Assembly: GCA_964352065.1 (NCBI GenBank)
Contig: CAYGQM010000019.1
Coordinates: 78 to 64,077, forward strand
Direction: 5' to 3'
DNA length: 64,000 nucleotides
DNA from: an uncultured Opitutaceae bacterium
Lineage (GTDB): Bacteria; Verrucomicrobiota; Verrucomicrobiia; Opitutales; UBA2995
How positions within the stretch are numbered: the stretch's first letter is position 1; each line of letters begins with the position of its first letter. This document shows, piece after piece, positions 54,892 through 64,000 of this stretch. Position numbers and translations under genes: made by a program. Under the pieces are notes generated by a model. That model was not told where the DNA came from. It searched no databases and saw only the letters and a list, made by a program, of their open reading frames with translations.

Positions 54892-56493
54892 CTATCCGAC
54901 AGGCCCTTTGCGCTTCAGAACTCTCTTCAACAGTCGCTGCAACTCATACATCTCGCTGAACTTTATAAGCCACAAAAAACCAAAATAAATAGCGACGGAG
55001 ATGGGTATTACAATCAACACCATGACCGCGGATTCTCCTTTGTTAGTAAACGGTAGAACCACCACCGTTTGCTTTAGAAATAGTATCACGCCTCCCATTA
55101 CAACAGAGCCACCAGCAATTTTCAGCAAATCACCCAACAGGTCACGCAGTAAGTTTTTCTTTAGTTTTTGAGATAACATCCCAGTCAAAAGGACAGTCTG
55201 TCCCAGAATCGACAACACATTAGCAATCGCCAAGCCAACTACACCGAGTGGCCACATTAGCGCCAAACTCAGCGCGAGATTTAGCACGAAACTAAACATC
55301 GCTACCTTCATCGGCGTTGAAGTATCTTTGTAGGCGTAGAAACCCCTCACCAACAATGCCACCATCGAATACAAAGGAAGGCCTATCGCAAACGTCCAGA
55401 GCAACGGAAGTGTCAAAGAAGTATCGGATGCACTAAATGCCCCCCATTCAAAAAGGAACCTTAGTATCGGCTCACCCAATACGAGAAAACCCATCGTCGC
55501 CGGAATGGTGATCGCGAACATCAATCGCATCGCCTGTTGGAACGTCGATGAAAACTCCTTCTTCTCATTCCTCGAGGCCAACTCAGAGAACGCCGGGAAA
55601 TAGACGGTCGCGATCGCGATCGTAAATACCCCAAGTGGAAGTTCCACGAGCCGATTTGCCAAATAATAGACCGAAACGGCCGACTCATCCAGAAAATGGG
55701 CCAACGATCTGGATATCAATAGGTTGATCTGAATAACCGAAGCGCCCAGAATACCGGGAAGCAATAGACGACCGAATTCCCTAACTTCCGGACAAGGTTT
55801 GAAATCCAGCTCGAATCGCCAGCCTTCACGGCGTAAGGCTATCCAGGGAATCATTAACTGTAACCCACCACCGAACAGCACGCCGATACACAACCAATAC
55901 ATACGGTATAAGGGAACTTCAGTCGCGAAGTAGCCCAACGCTCCTAAAAACAGAATAATCGACAGGTTCAACCAGACCGCCGTCAGTGCAGGAATGGCAA
56001 ATCGATGCAGCACGTTTAGCGCCGCCGCGAATGCTGCGGCTAAACACACCAGAGCCATATAGGGAAACAGGAGAACTCCCAGCACCATCGCCAAGTCCCA
56101 ACGCTCCTGCAGTCCCAGTATTTTGCTGACCATGATCATGAGCAAGCTCCCCAATCCCACGATGACAAAGAGCAGGGTCATCACCCGGCTCAGAATCTTG
56201 TTGTACAACCAAAACAACCGGTCCTCCCCGTAATTTTCCTTTTGCTCGGTAAGGAGCGGTAGCAACGCCGCGGTCAATGCTCCCTCACCCAGTAACCGCC
56301 TGAAAAGATTGGGGAAAGTAAAAGCCAGGATAAACGCCGAATTTAGAACTGAACTCCCAAAGATAGAAAAAACCAGGATGTCTCGAAACAGTCCCAATAC
56401 TCTCGATCCGACAGTGGATAAAGAGACAACAAGGATACTAAGAAAGCGGGATCGCATAGGATTAACGAGGACCATGGAACAAACCTCGCCCAA
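54892..56493 (-). CDS. murJ: Lipid II flippase MurJ
   Basis: 'STVGSRVLGLFRDILVFSIFGSSVLNSAFILAFTFPNLFRRLLGEGAL', the canonical MurJ N-terminus, with about 14 TM spans. The start may be one of the downstream ATGs (M7 or M13). Confidence 0.9.
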   Translation of the reverse strand: MGEVCSMVLVNPMRSRFLSILVVSLSTVGSRVLGLFRDILVFSIFGSSVLNSAFILAFTFPNLFRRLLGEGALTAALLPLLTEQKENYGEDRLFWLYNKILSRVMTLLFVIVGLGSLLMIMVSKILGLQERWDLAMVLGVLLFPYMALVCLAAAFAAALNVLHRFAIPALTAVWLNLSIILFLGALGYFATEVPLYRMYWLCIGVLFGGGLQLMIPWIALRREGWRFELDFKPCPEVREFGRLLLPGILGASVIQINLLISRSLAHFLDESAVSVYYLANRLVELPLGVFTIAIATVYFPAFSELASRNEKKEFSSTFQQAMRLMFAITIPATMGFLVLGEPILRFLFEWGAFSASDTSLTLPLLWTFAIGLPLYSMVALLVRGFYAYKDTSTPMKVAMFSFVLNLALSLALMWPLGVVGLAIANVLSILGQTVLLTGMLSQKLKKNLLRDLLGDLLKIAGGSVVMGGVILFLKQTVVVLPFTNKGESAVMVLIVIPISVAIYFGFLWLIKFSEMYELQRLLKRVLKRKGPVG

Positions 56494-56584
56494 GTTGAAC
56501 CTAAAAATGGTTCACAACCTGCTTCATTTGCATTGAGCTTGGCTCATCGATGTCTAGCTCTAACCATGCTCTCAATACCTCCGC

Positions 56585-57616
56585 ATGAGATTCATCAATA
56601 AACTTACCCAAAAACTCCAACGCCACCCCAAACGTATCGTCTTCCCTGACGGCACGGATCACCGCGTTCTTCAGGCGGCCAGACAATTTGCCACTAAACG
56701 TTTGGGAGCCCCCATTCTGATTGGAGAGCGGCAAAAGATTAAAGAAACCGCTTTTCGGCTCGATATAAATCTTGATGGCATTCGTTTGATCAATCCACTA
56801 AGAAGCGAGGAGCTAGAAGGCTTTGCCGACCAATATTTTAGGAGTCGACAAAGCAAAGGTATCACTGAAGAAGAAGCACTAAAAACCGTCAAAAAGCCCA
56901 ACTACTTTGCCTCAATCATGCTGGCAAATGCCCAGGCCGATGGACTGGTATTCGGTGCAGGAACTCCCGCTTCCGAAGCGTTGCCGTCGCTATTCAGGAC
57001 GATTCCGATGCGGAACAATGTTAAGACTGCTTCCAGTGTTTTGATTCTGGATCTGGAGGAAAAACAGGAATTCGGTATCGAAGGTGGCTTGTTTCTCTCG
57101 GATTGCGCGGTCCTTCCCGACCCCAATGCCGAGCAATTAGCGGATATGGTTATTTCAACCGCCTCACTCGCCTACCACTTAACCGGCGAAACGCCCCGGG
57201 TAGCATTGCTGAGCTATAGCACGCACAGTCAGAATCCAACGGATCCCTCGGTGTCCAAAATGGCAATCGCTGCGAAACTCGCGCAGAAAAAATCAGAAAT
57301 CTTGGATTTTCCTATCAAAATCGATGGAGAGATCCAGGCAGACGTTGCCCTCGATAGGTATGCCGCTAAGCAGAAAGACGCAGAGGGTGGAGTTGCCGGA
57401 CAAGCGAACGTACTCATATTCCCAAACCTAAACGCAAGTAATATTGCCGCTAAAATGGTTACCCTCCTCGCTGGCGGTTATGGATACGGTCAGATCATGA
57501 CCGGCATCAGTAAACCGGCAGCCCAAGTCTCACGAGGAGCCAGTGCCCACGATATCTTTGCGACCGCCGTAATCGTCGGTGCTCAAGCCACCGACCGTGA
57601 AATATTGCTGACCTAA
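56585..57616 (+). CDS. pta: Phosphate acetyltransferase, catalytic PTA_PTB domain only
   Basis: 'RIVFPDGTDHRVLQAA', 'NYFASIMLANAQADGLVFG', 'ALLSYSTHSQ', 'ANVLIFPNLNASNIAAK', 'RGASAHDI'. Confidence 0.9.
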   Translation: MRFINKLTQKLQRHPKRIVFPDGTDHRVLQAARQFATKRLGAPILIGERQKIKETAFRLDINLDGIRLINPLRSEELEGFADQYFRSRQSKGITEEEALKTVKKPNYFASIMLANAQADGLVFGAGTPASEALPSLFRTIPMRNNVKTASSVLILDLEEKQEFGIEGGLFLSDCAVLPDPNAEQLADMVISTASLAYHLTGETPRVALLSYSTHSQNPTDPSVSKMAIAAKLAQKKSEILDFPIKIDGEIQADVALDRYAAKQKDAEGGVAGQANVLIFPNLNASNIAAKMVTLLAGGYGYGQIMTGISKPAAQVSRGASAHDIFATAVIVGAQATDREILLT

Positions 57617-57620
57617 ATCT

Positions 57621-58799
57621 ATGGAAAAAAGCGAACCCACTAAACCCACCAAATCAAAGGTTCGACCTAACACGGAGACGCTCCTCACCAGGCCTACGAA
57701 CAAGGAAACCAAACGGATCTTTGTCGCCGCGACTCGTATGAATGACGGCAAAACGACCACCTGCCTGGGTCTTTATGCGTCGCTGAAAAACACTTTCGAC
57801 CGTGTCGGATTTATTAAGCCGATCGGGCAGCGATTTCTGAAAGTCCAGGGGAAGGATATCGACGAAGATTCATTCTTACTGGATTCGATTTACGACGTCG
57901 CCACACCGATATCTGCCATGTCGCCGATCGCAGTCGATGGCACCTTTACCCGGCGTTATCTGGATAAACCCAATACCACCCTGAAGAAAACGATTCACCA
58001 GATTTGCACTGCCTTCGACCGGGCAGCTTGGGAAAAAGATTGTATCTTGATTGAGGGTACCGGTCATGCGGGTGTGGGTTCAGTATTCGACCTATCTAAT
58101 GCCAAAGTCGCCAAGCTGTTGGACGCAAAAGTGGTGATTGTAGCCCAGGGAGGTATCGGTAGACCCGTAGACGAAATAGCCTTGAACAAGGCACTTTTTG
58201 ATAAAGAAGGACTGGAGGTTGTAGGAGCTATTCTAAACAAAGTTAGAGCCGACAAAATCGAAATGGTGCAAGAGTATGCAAGAAAGGGACTCGCTCGATT
58301 AGGAGTACCTTTACTCGGAGTCCTTCCCAAGAAAAACATTCTGAGTGCGCCCAACTTGTCACAAATAGCCAAAGAGATAAAGGGTTATTGGCTGAACGGC
58401 CAACTTCATGGATCCAAACAACGAATCAACCGTGTTGTGATCGGAGCAATGACCGCTAAGCACATCATCGACTATCTTTCACCAGGCACCCTTATCATAA
58501 CTCCGGGTGATCGGGAAGATATCTTACTCTGGGCAATCGCTAGCGCCACAATCTCTGGAGCGAGACTCATCTCCGGTATCATCCTTACCCGTGACATTTC
58601 GCCGCACCCTAAGATCCTCGAGATGTTGTCTTCCACTGATATTCCCGTCATCACAGTCGAGCGGGATAGCTACGAAGTCGCTTCTGCAATCAACAATATG
58701 ACAGTAAAAACAGAACCCCAGGATTTGGACAAGATACCCGTTATCAAGGAAATGGTCTTAGACAACGTTGACCTTTCCCAGTTAATAAAAGCCTTCTAA
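57621..58799 (+). CDS. Pta N-terminal-domain-like protein (BioD/CobQ-type P-loop fold + DRTGG domain)
   Basis: 'IFVAATRMNDGKTTTCLGL' nucleotide-binding-like start and 'LIITPGDREDILLWAI...ISGIILT' DRTGG-like segment. It starts 4 nt after the pta stop. Confidence 0.7.
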   Translation: MEKSEPTKPTKSKVRPNTETLLTRPTNKETKRIFVAATRMNDGKTTTCLGLYASLKNTFDRVGFIKPIGQRFLKVQGKDIDEDSFLLDSIYDVATPISAMSPIAVDGTFTRRYLDKPNTTLKKTIHQICTAFDRAAWEKDCILIEGTGHAGVGSVFDLSNAKVAKLLDAKVVIVAQGGIGRPVDEIALNKALFDKEGLEVVGAILNKVRADKIEMVQEYARKGLARLGVPLLGVLPKKNILSAPNLSQIAKEIKGYWLNGQLHGSKQRINRVVIGAMTAKHIIDYLSPGTLIITPGDREDILLWAIASATISGARLISGIILTRDISPHPKILEMLSSTDIPVITVERDSYEVASAINNMTVKTEPQDLDKIPVIKEMVLDNVDLSQLIKAF

Positions 58800-58818
58800 G
58801 ACTTCCATGGGATTCGAC

Positions 58819-59994
58819 TTAGGGACAAAGTGCGTTCAACAACCGCTCGGTCTCATAGGTCAACTGCTGTCCATCCAGTAAATCTTGACTCCATTTCCTT
58901 ACCGCATCCTGATAGCCACTCAGATCACTTTCCAATGTCGTTAATAACACTTCGTTGAGCGAGTGACAGGCGTTAAAAAAATAGGGGTGTATTCTCGTAG
59001 CCAATACCTCCAATTCGGATTGTTTCTGTCTTAGTAACTTGATGATTACCGGATTCAACCGATGCAAATACCAAGTATCGAATTCCAAGAGTTTGGTTTG
59101 TCCGTTCTCCAATACTTCCATCCTCGCAAGAGCCTCTAACTCTTGGATCGATTCGTTCTCTGACAGACAGATTGCTGACTCAGACGAGGTCGTTTCGGAA
59201 ACAAATGTCCGCCAGAGAAGTTCCATTTCAGCACCGTTCAAACCGGGATACAGAGGCGAAAAAAACTGATTTAACTGAGTCCAATCAAAACCACTCTCCC
59301 AAAATTGAATCAGGCGGCGCTGAAAGGTGCGTTTATCCAAACCACCAGCTTCCAGCCAGCGGTATAGAAGGTAATCCCAACCGATGTCCGTCGTTCTGTC
59401 GTAACTCTGGATGCGTTGAGAAACCGACGGTATTTCAGTATTCCTTAGTCGCCGCAAAAGAAGTGTATTGGCTTGAGGATTGCCGACCAATAGTCCTTTT
59501 ACTAAGACAGCGTTGACTAACCAAAGAGGTGGAGCTCGATCATTACCTTCCCGAAACGCGAAACGGATAAGTAGAGCCCGGACCAGCCACTCCGCCTTTA
59601 CACTGGCATTTAATCCAGCATTGAGTTCAAGGCGCACCGTTCCAGTAGCACTGCTATCTATTCGAGGAATCGGATCTTCAGTCAGTCGCACCAAAATCTT
59701 TTGAGGAAATCGGTCTGGCCAATCAAAGGTCGAAGCACAACCCGCCAGTGCTTTTTTACTAAGCTCTTCGATTGCTCGGAGCTCAGCCAATCTTGTCCCT
59801 ACTATATCGAAATCCTGCGTAGACACCCATTCGGGTGTGGCTTCCTCTTGCCCGCTAAGGGGACCAAGGCAGAGCGCCAGCATTACGATAACCAAGACGA
59901 CAGACCTCCCACAAGGAATGGAAGACGTCCTTACTTCTTCGCGGTAAGAATCAATTGTGATTCGTGAACGTTCGCTGATTGAATAGATTCCCAC
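58819..59994 (-). CDS. Hypothetical exported or membrane-anchored protein (391 aa)
   Basis: Long ORF with one hydrophobic segment 'VVLVIVMLALCLGPLSG'. No motif recognised. The first 64 nt overlap the upstream gene, so the true start may be further downstream. Confidence 0.5.
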   Translation of the reverse strand: MGIYSISERSRITIDSYREEVRTSSIPCGRSVVLVIVMLALCLGPLSGQEEATPEWVSTQDFDIVGTRLAELRAIEELSKKALAGCASTFDWPDRFPQKILVRLTEDPIPRIDSSATGTVRLELNAGLNASVKAEWLVRALLIRFAFREGNDRAPPLWLVNAVLVKGLLVGNPQANTLLLRRLRNTEIPSVSQRIQSYDRTTDIGWDYLLYRWLEAGGLDKRTFQRRLIQFWESGFDWTQLNQFFSPLYPGLNGAEMELLWRTFVSETTSSESAICLSENESIQELEALARMEVLENGQTKLLEFDTWYLHRLNPVIIKLLRQKQSELEVLATRIHPYFFNACHSLNEVLLTTLESDLSGYQDAVRKWSQDLLDGQQLTYETERLLNALCP

Positions 59995-60572
59995 AGAGAC
60001 TGAAATTCTTCATCAATAACGTAGCCAGCGGATAACTGTTTCCAAACGAAATCTTTTGCAAATGGTGGCACGCGGAAGGAACCCACAAAAAGCTCTTCAG
60101 GTTCCATTTTGAATATCCCAGCCGCATTTAAAAAATCACCCTCCATGGAAACCATAAGAGTCCGATCCCAACTGCCGAAACCACTGTCGGCCGTGGCAGA
60201 GAGAAGTAACTTATCACCATCGAGGCGGAACAGTGGCCGTTGTGGTTCAATGTACAAAGCAGGCTTCTCGTCCGGATACTCAGTCTTAAACGACGATGCC
60301 CATCTATTGAGCTCAGTTTCTAAAAACGCCACTTCTACGTCTCCACTCTGCAATTCGTTGGCCTTAAGTCGCCACGCATCTCCGCCACCGGAGCGGCCCT
60401 TCAATACATATTTCTGCCCCGGCTCCAGCACATCCGGCAGATCTGTGACCCCCTTGACCGGGAGTGTAACTAGGTAGAATGCGCCACAAAGACCTCCGAG
60501 GGCCAAACCGAATAAGGCACCTAAGAGAAGTTTGAACGCTGACTGTAGATCGAGGTTATTTTCAGATGACAT
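59931..60572 (-). CDS. Hypothetical membrane-anchored protein (213 aa)
   Basis: An N-terminal TM 'LLLGALFGLALGGLCGAFYLV' followed by a soluble domain. Lies directly downstream of the FmdB gene. Confidence 0.5.
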   Translation of the reverse strand: MSSENNLDLQSAFKLLLGALFGLALGGLCGAFYLVTLPVKGVTDLPDVLEPGQKYVLKGRSGGGDAWRLKANELQSGDVEVAFLETELNRWASSFKTEYPDEKPALYIEPQRPLFRLDGDKLLLSATADSGFGSWDRTLMVSMEGDFLNAAGIFKMEPEELFVGSFRVPPFAKDFVWKQLSAGYVIDEEFQSLWESIQSANVHESQLILTAKK

Positions 60573-60574
60573 AG

Positions 60575-60871
60575 CTAATTATCGGATTTGGATGCAGAAC
60601 TGCTTCCACCCGAATCGCTAGCGCCCGACTTTTTCGAACTATCACTCGTTTCTTTCTTGGTCTCAGATGTTGAGGAATCTTTCGCAGACTTCTTGTAATC
60701 GGTCTCATAGAAACCGCTTCCTTTGAAAATAATTCCGGCACCTGTTCCAATTTTGCGTTTGAGTGTTTGGTCTTCACAAGTTGGGCATTGCGTGAGTGGA
60801 TCGTCTTTCATTGACTGAAAGAACTCAAAATTCCCCCCACAAGCGGTGCACACATAATCGTAATTAGGCAT
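60575..60871 (-). CDS. FmdB-family zinc-ribbon protein
   Basis: 'MPNYDYVCTACGGNFEFFQSMKDDPLTQCPTCE...LKRKIG' (CxxC...CPxC) with a Ser/Lys-rich tail. ATG 60871 is preferred over the ORF-track start at 60979. Confidence 0.85.
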   Translation of the reverse strand: MPNYDYVCTACGGNFEFFQSMKDDPLTQCPTCEDQTLKRKIGTGAGIIFKGSGFYETDYKKSAKDSSTSETKKETSDSSKKSGASDSGGSSSASKSDN

Positions 60872-60920
60872 AATTCTTTTAAGGTTTTTTACCGGATAAC
60901 TGTTAAACTGCGAATCAGAA

Positions 60921-61508
60921 CTATAGCGTCCCAAATTCGATAGCGCGGTAAACTGAGGTGAAATACACCAGAATGACAAGACTTATGATAAAGAGCGCGA
61001 CGACTGAAAGCGGCCCCAAAATAAACAGTACCCCACAATAGCCAAGCAGCGGTAAAAGTCCGTAACTGACGGTCCGTGAATAGACTTTTACTGTTAACCC
61101 AACATCCATTGCATCCTTAAAGGATTCGAAATTTTGATACCTGTACAGACTCGATGAAAAAAGCTGGATTCCAATAGGGATGCTGATCATGAAAGCCACC
61201 CGACCCAGATCATGCGAAACGACTCCTACCAACCAAGACACGAACAACCCAATAAACATTGGAATTCCCACCCAGACGATCGCGAGCACAAGAAACCTTA
61301 ACCCGTCGATAAACAAGTCTTTCCAGCGATCCCAATCCGGGTAGATGAACGGAGCTCCAGCCTTGACCAATACTGTTGTCCGGTAAAGGTATCCCATAGC
61401 GAAGATATTCACGACGGGTATCAACATCAACAAGCTACCAATTCCTAATTTGGCCCAACACCCCGGGGTATTAAACACTTTCCGCCATACTTGCTCAACT
61501 GAAGCCAT
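60921..61508 (-). CDS. Small polytopic membrane protein (DUF4013-like?)
   Basis: Four to five hydrophobic spans. 'GCWAKLGIGSLLMLIPVVNIFAMGYLYR' resembles the DUF4013 N-terminus from memory only. Confidence 0.45.
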   Translation of the reverse strand: MASVEQVWRKVFNTPGCWAKLGIGSLLMLIPVVNIFAMGYLYRTTVLVKAGAPFIYPDWDRWKDLFIDGLRFLVLAIVWVGIPMFIGLFVSWLVGVVSHDLGRVAFMISIPIGIQLFSSSLYRYQNFESFKDAMDVGLTVKVYSRTVSYGLLPLLGYCGVLFILGPLSVVALFIISLVILVYFTSVYRAIEFGTL

Positions 61509-61544
61509 AATTCTTCTTTTCTAAAACCTAGGATTTTTATCGAT

Positions 61545-62423
61545 ATGGATTTTAAAGCAACGCTTAACACTTATCAAATGCGCGTTGAACAAGGTATTAA
61601 CATTTGGACTCCGCCCAAAGATACCAAACCCGCCCATCTCCACGCAGCCATGCGATACAGTTTGGAGGCTGGTGGTAAACGTTTGAGACCAGTACTGGTC
61701 CTTGCAATCGCGGAACTCTTCGAAGCATCTGAAGATCCGATGCCTGCGGCCATCGCGCTTGAAAGCATACACACCTATTCGTTGATCCACGATGACCTCC
61801 CAAGTATTGATAACAGCGACCTCCGCCGAGGGAAACCCACCTGCCATAAGGCATTTGATGAACCGACCGCACTTCTCGCAGGGGATGCCCTTCTCACGTT
61901 GGCGTTTGAAATCTTGGCAGAAGCTTACCATGACTCCCCCGTTCTGGCGAAAGATCTTATTCTTGATCTGAGTAAAGCAGCAGGCAGTCAGCGCCTCATC
62001 GGCGGACAGATGGAAGACATTCTGGGAGAGGGTTCCGATTACACGATTGATCAGCTCGACTTTATCCACCTGAACAAGACTGCCGCACTCATAACCGTTG
62101 CTATGACCCTGGGCGCTCGTTTGGGGAAAGCTTCCAAACAGGAACTTGAAACGATTCGGAAAATCGGGCGCCATGTCGGCTTAGCGTTTCAGATCACGGA
62201 CGATATTTTGGATGCAACCTCCGACGATCAAACGATGGGCAAACCTACCGGTGCTGACGCGGAAAACGAAAAAACGACTTATATCAAACTATACGGTATC
62301 CACGGGGCCCGAGATAAGGCGAACGAACATACCCAGGCCGCGATGAAACTTTGCGGGACTCTCAATCGGAACACCCAATTTCTCGAAGCACTCGTCCAGT
62401 ATCTGGAACATCGAATCAGCTAA
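61545..62423 (+). CDS. ispA: Polyprenyl (farnesyl/geranylgeranyl) diphosphate synthase
   Basis: First Asp-rich motif 'LIHDDLPSIDNSDLRRGKPT' and second 'FQITDDILD'. Confidence 0.92.
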   Translation: MDFKATLNTYQMRVEQGINIWTPPKDTKPAHLHAAMRYSLEAGGKRLRPVLVLAIAELFEASEDPMPAAIALESIHTYSLIHDDLPSIDNSDLRRGKPTCHKAFDEPTALLAGDALLTLAFEILAEAYHDSPVLAKDLILDLSKAAGSQRLIGGQMEDILGEGSDYTIDQLDFIHLNKTAALITVAMTLGARLGKASKQELETIRKIGRHVGLAFQITDDILDATSDDQTMGKPTGADAENEKTTYIKLYGIHGARDKANEHTQAAMKLCGTLNRNTQFLEALVQYLEHRIS

Positions 62424-62437
62424 TAAGCCTCCAAAAA

Positions 62438-63835
62438 TCAGAGCCAACCAAACGGCCCTCTGATCGCCACCGTTAGGCCCGGCTTTTGCAGGTTTACGAA
62501 TACAATCTGCCCATCCGGCGAATGACAAACTCCCGCGAATTCCGTGTCGCCCGTAGCGTTTCTGCCTAGCTTAAACCATTCGCCTTCCGGAGTCACTCCC
62601 ACCAGAAAATTATCCCCCTTACCGTCTTCGCAAAGCAGCAGGCCACCATCTGGAGTCACATCAAGATTATCGCACATCTCAACGATCTCACCATCATTGG
62701 GTTCCAGATAGAGTTCGAGCTTCGCGGGTACCTCCTTTTCCCGGTCAGTTCCCTCAAACGGACTCGGACTGTAGGCAAAGACCTGTCCTTTCAAAACCCG
62801 ACCGCCGTTGGTGCACACCCAAAAGATACGCTCATCGCTGTAAAACATTCCTTCACCCCGTGCAAACCGGGCCGCTCCCGCCTCATACCCACGATATCGC
62901 AGATCGTCTAACGGGGCTTCAGGGTCATCCAAATCGATCCACTCCACTTCATAGGACGTGTTAAGCTTAAACTCTTCTGTAGAAAGATCCTGCCAATTTC
63001 GGGTATCGCTGCTGGGCCAGTCCTTTACCACGAGGGCCTGAAGTCTCCCCCCTTGAGCCAATTTCCCAGGCACTTTGGGTATGAAACGATAAATGAGGCC
63101 GTCCCCTCGGTCTTCCGTCTGGTATACCACGCCCGACTTTGGATCCACCGCAATCGCCTCGTGGTTAAACCGCCCCATATCCTTCAAGGGGATAGGCTTC
63201 GCCAACTTCGGCCGATCCGTTGCCGGCACTTCAAAGTTGTAGCCGTGATCTTTTTCAATCCCGTCACCTGCCAACCGTACGGTTTCTTCGCAGGTCACCC
63301 AGGAATTCCAAGGCGTAGGACCACCGGCACAATTCCGATGAGTACCTGCCAGACTTAAAAATTCTCGCTCAACTTTCCGCGTCTTCGGATTGTAGACCAG
63401 AGTCGTCGTGCCCCCCAACCCTGGTTGCTCACCGAATCCGTAGTCATAAAAATCCTCTTTATCGACCTTTCCGAGTAGCTCATTCTGAATACCAAAGGGA
63501 CTCGCAAGACCCTGATCAGGGTTCGACTCATGATTACAGATCAGTATAATCCGTCCCATCCGTCCCGGAAACACAGCCATACCATCGTGATTACCAGGAG
63601 TAACCAGACCATCGCTCATCCGCTGCCCCATCCTCGAGATCACCTGATACTCAAATCCTCTCGGTAAATCGAGGACCTTCGCAGGATCTTTTCTCAAGGG
63701 TCCATAAAGGCTGGAAACCGGCAAGTGTTGAGCTGCACTCAATACACCCGAGGCTCGATGCATGGTCAAAAAACCGGCCGATACGACACTGGCCGACTTT
63801 AGGAATGTACGTCTACTCTGTAGTGAAATTTTCAT
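62438..63835 (-). CDS. Tat-signal DUF839/PhoX-like beta-propeller protein (possible phosphatase)
   Basis: 'SRRTFLKSASVVSAGF' twin-arginine signal. 'GTHRNCAGGPTPWNSWVTCEE', 'NHEAIAVDP' and 'EFAGVCHSPDG..VFVNLQ' resemble DUF839/PhoX motifs. Confidence 0.7.
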   Translation of the reverse strand: MKISLQSRRTFLKSASVVSAGFLTMHRASGVLSAAQHLPVSSLYGPLRKDPAKVLDLPRGFEYQVISRMGQRMSDGLVTPGNHDGMAVFPGRMGRIILICNHESNPDQGLASPFGIQNELLGKVDKEDFYDYGFGEQPGLGGTTTLVYNPKTRKVEREFLSLAGTHRNCAGGPTPWNSWVTCEETVRLAGDGIEKDHGYNFEVPATDRPKLAKPIPLKDMGRFNHEAIAVDPKSGVVYQTEDRGDGLIYRFIPKVPGKLAQGGRLQALVVKDWPSSDTRNWQDLSTEEFKLNTSYEVEWIDLDDPEAPLDDLRYRGYEAGAARFARGEGMFYSDERIFWVCTNGGRVLKGQVFAYSPSPFEGTDREKEVPAKLELYLEPNDGEIVEMCDNLDVTPDGGLLLCEDGKGDNFLVGVTPEGEWFKLGRNATGDTEFAGVCHSPDGQIVFVNLQKPGLTVAIRGPFGWL

Positions 63836-64000
63836 AGGTAAAAGAAGATTGCGACTTATCAGAAACCCTGTGGGTTAAATGAAAATAGGTAAAGGTATTT
63901 GCAATCCCGTAACCTAACTTTTGCAAAGATGGATTGGTGGTCATCATTTATTATTCAAGCAGGCGACTGGTGGGGCGCTTCGCAGCCAATTCTGGCATTG

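Noticed and set aside
61521-62174. 217-aa ORF antisense to ispA. Similar antisense ORFs occur at 22730-23206 opposite cysN, 28087-28563 and 29959-30384 opposite the 1,783-aa GT, and 52145-52489 opposite the ABC-2 permease.
   Set aside because: Each lies fully inside a gene with strong motif support on the other strand and has no recognisable motif of its own. They are typical shadow ORFs.
63929-64000. ATG followed by 24 open codons to the window end (MDWWSSFIIQAGDWWGASQPILAL), vaguely like a MotA/TolQ/ExbB N-terminus
   Set aside because: It is too short to support a gene call or a family assignment. More downstream sequence is needed.

Overview
All family calls below come from reading the supplied translations and the DNA by eye. 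No database search, HMM or alignment was run.

The window reads as a bacterial chromosome segment. It is possibly from a PVC/Verrucomicrobiota-like marine organism, but that is only a guess from gene content.

- **1-272:** the right end of an IS66-family element.
- **390 to about 50,250:** a roughly 50-kb cell-surface island with four parts.
  - (a) A compositionally distinct, AT-rich block (about 273-16,450) encodes an ABC-transporter-dependent (Wzm/Wzt) glycan pathway. It contains several glycosyltransferases, a 917-aa three-domain fusion and a 1,174-aa FkbM methyltransferase with a long helical-repeat arm.
  - (b) A putative CMP-sugar module (16,464-21,671).
  - (c) The PAPS-synthesis genes cysD, cysN and cysC (22,562-25,378), followed by a 620-aa GT, a 1,783-aa protein with four GT2 domains and a translationally coupled polytopic membrane protein.
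  - (d) Two very large secreted proteins nested inside the glycan locus. One is 3,716 aa (SBBP-type propeller plus 18 tandem ~135-aa modules of a family I cannot name). The other is 989 aa (6 Calx-beta domains). Both end in the same duplicated ~125-aa C-terminal module.
- **50.2-64 kb:** ordinary housekeeping genes. These include HU, an ABC-2 exporter, rhodanese, L28, a BASS transporter, murJ, a split pta, an FmdB zinc ribbon, ispA and a Tat-signal DUF839/PhoX-like protein.

I saw no rRNA, tRNA or CRISPR array.

The best candidates for something new are:
- the unassigned 18x module and the shared twin C-terminal module of the giant proteins;
- their nesting inside a possibly sulfated-glycan locus that has no recognisable sulfotransferase;
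- the methyltransferase with a possible ruler arm.
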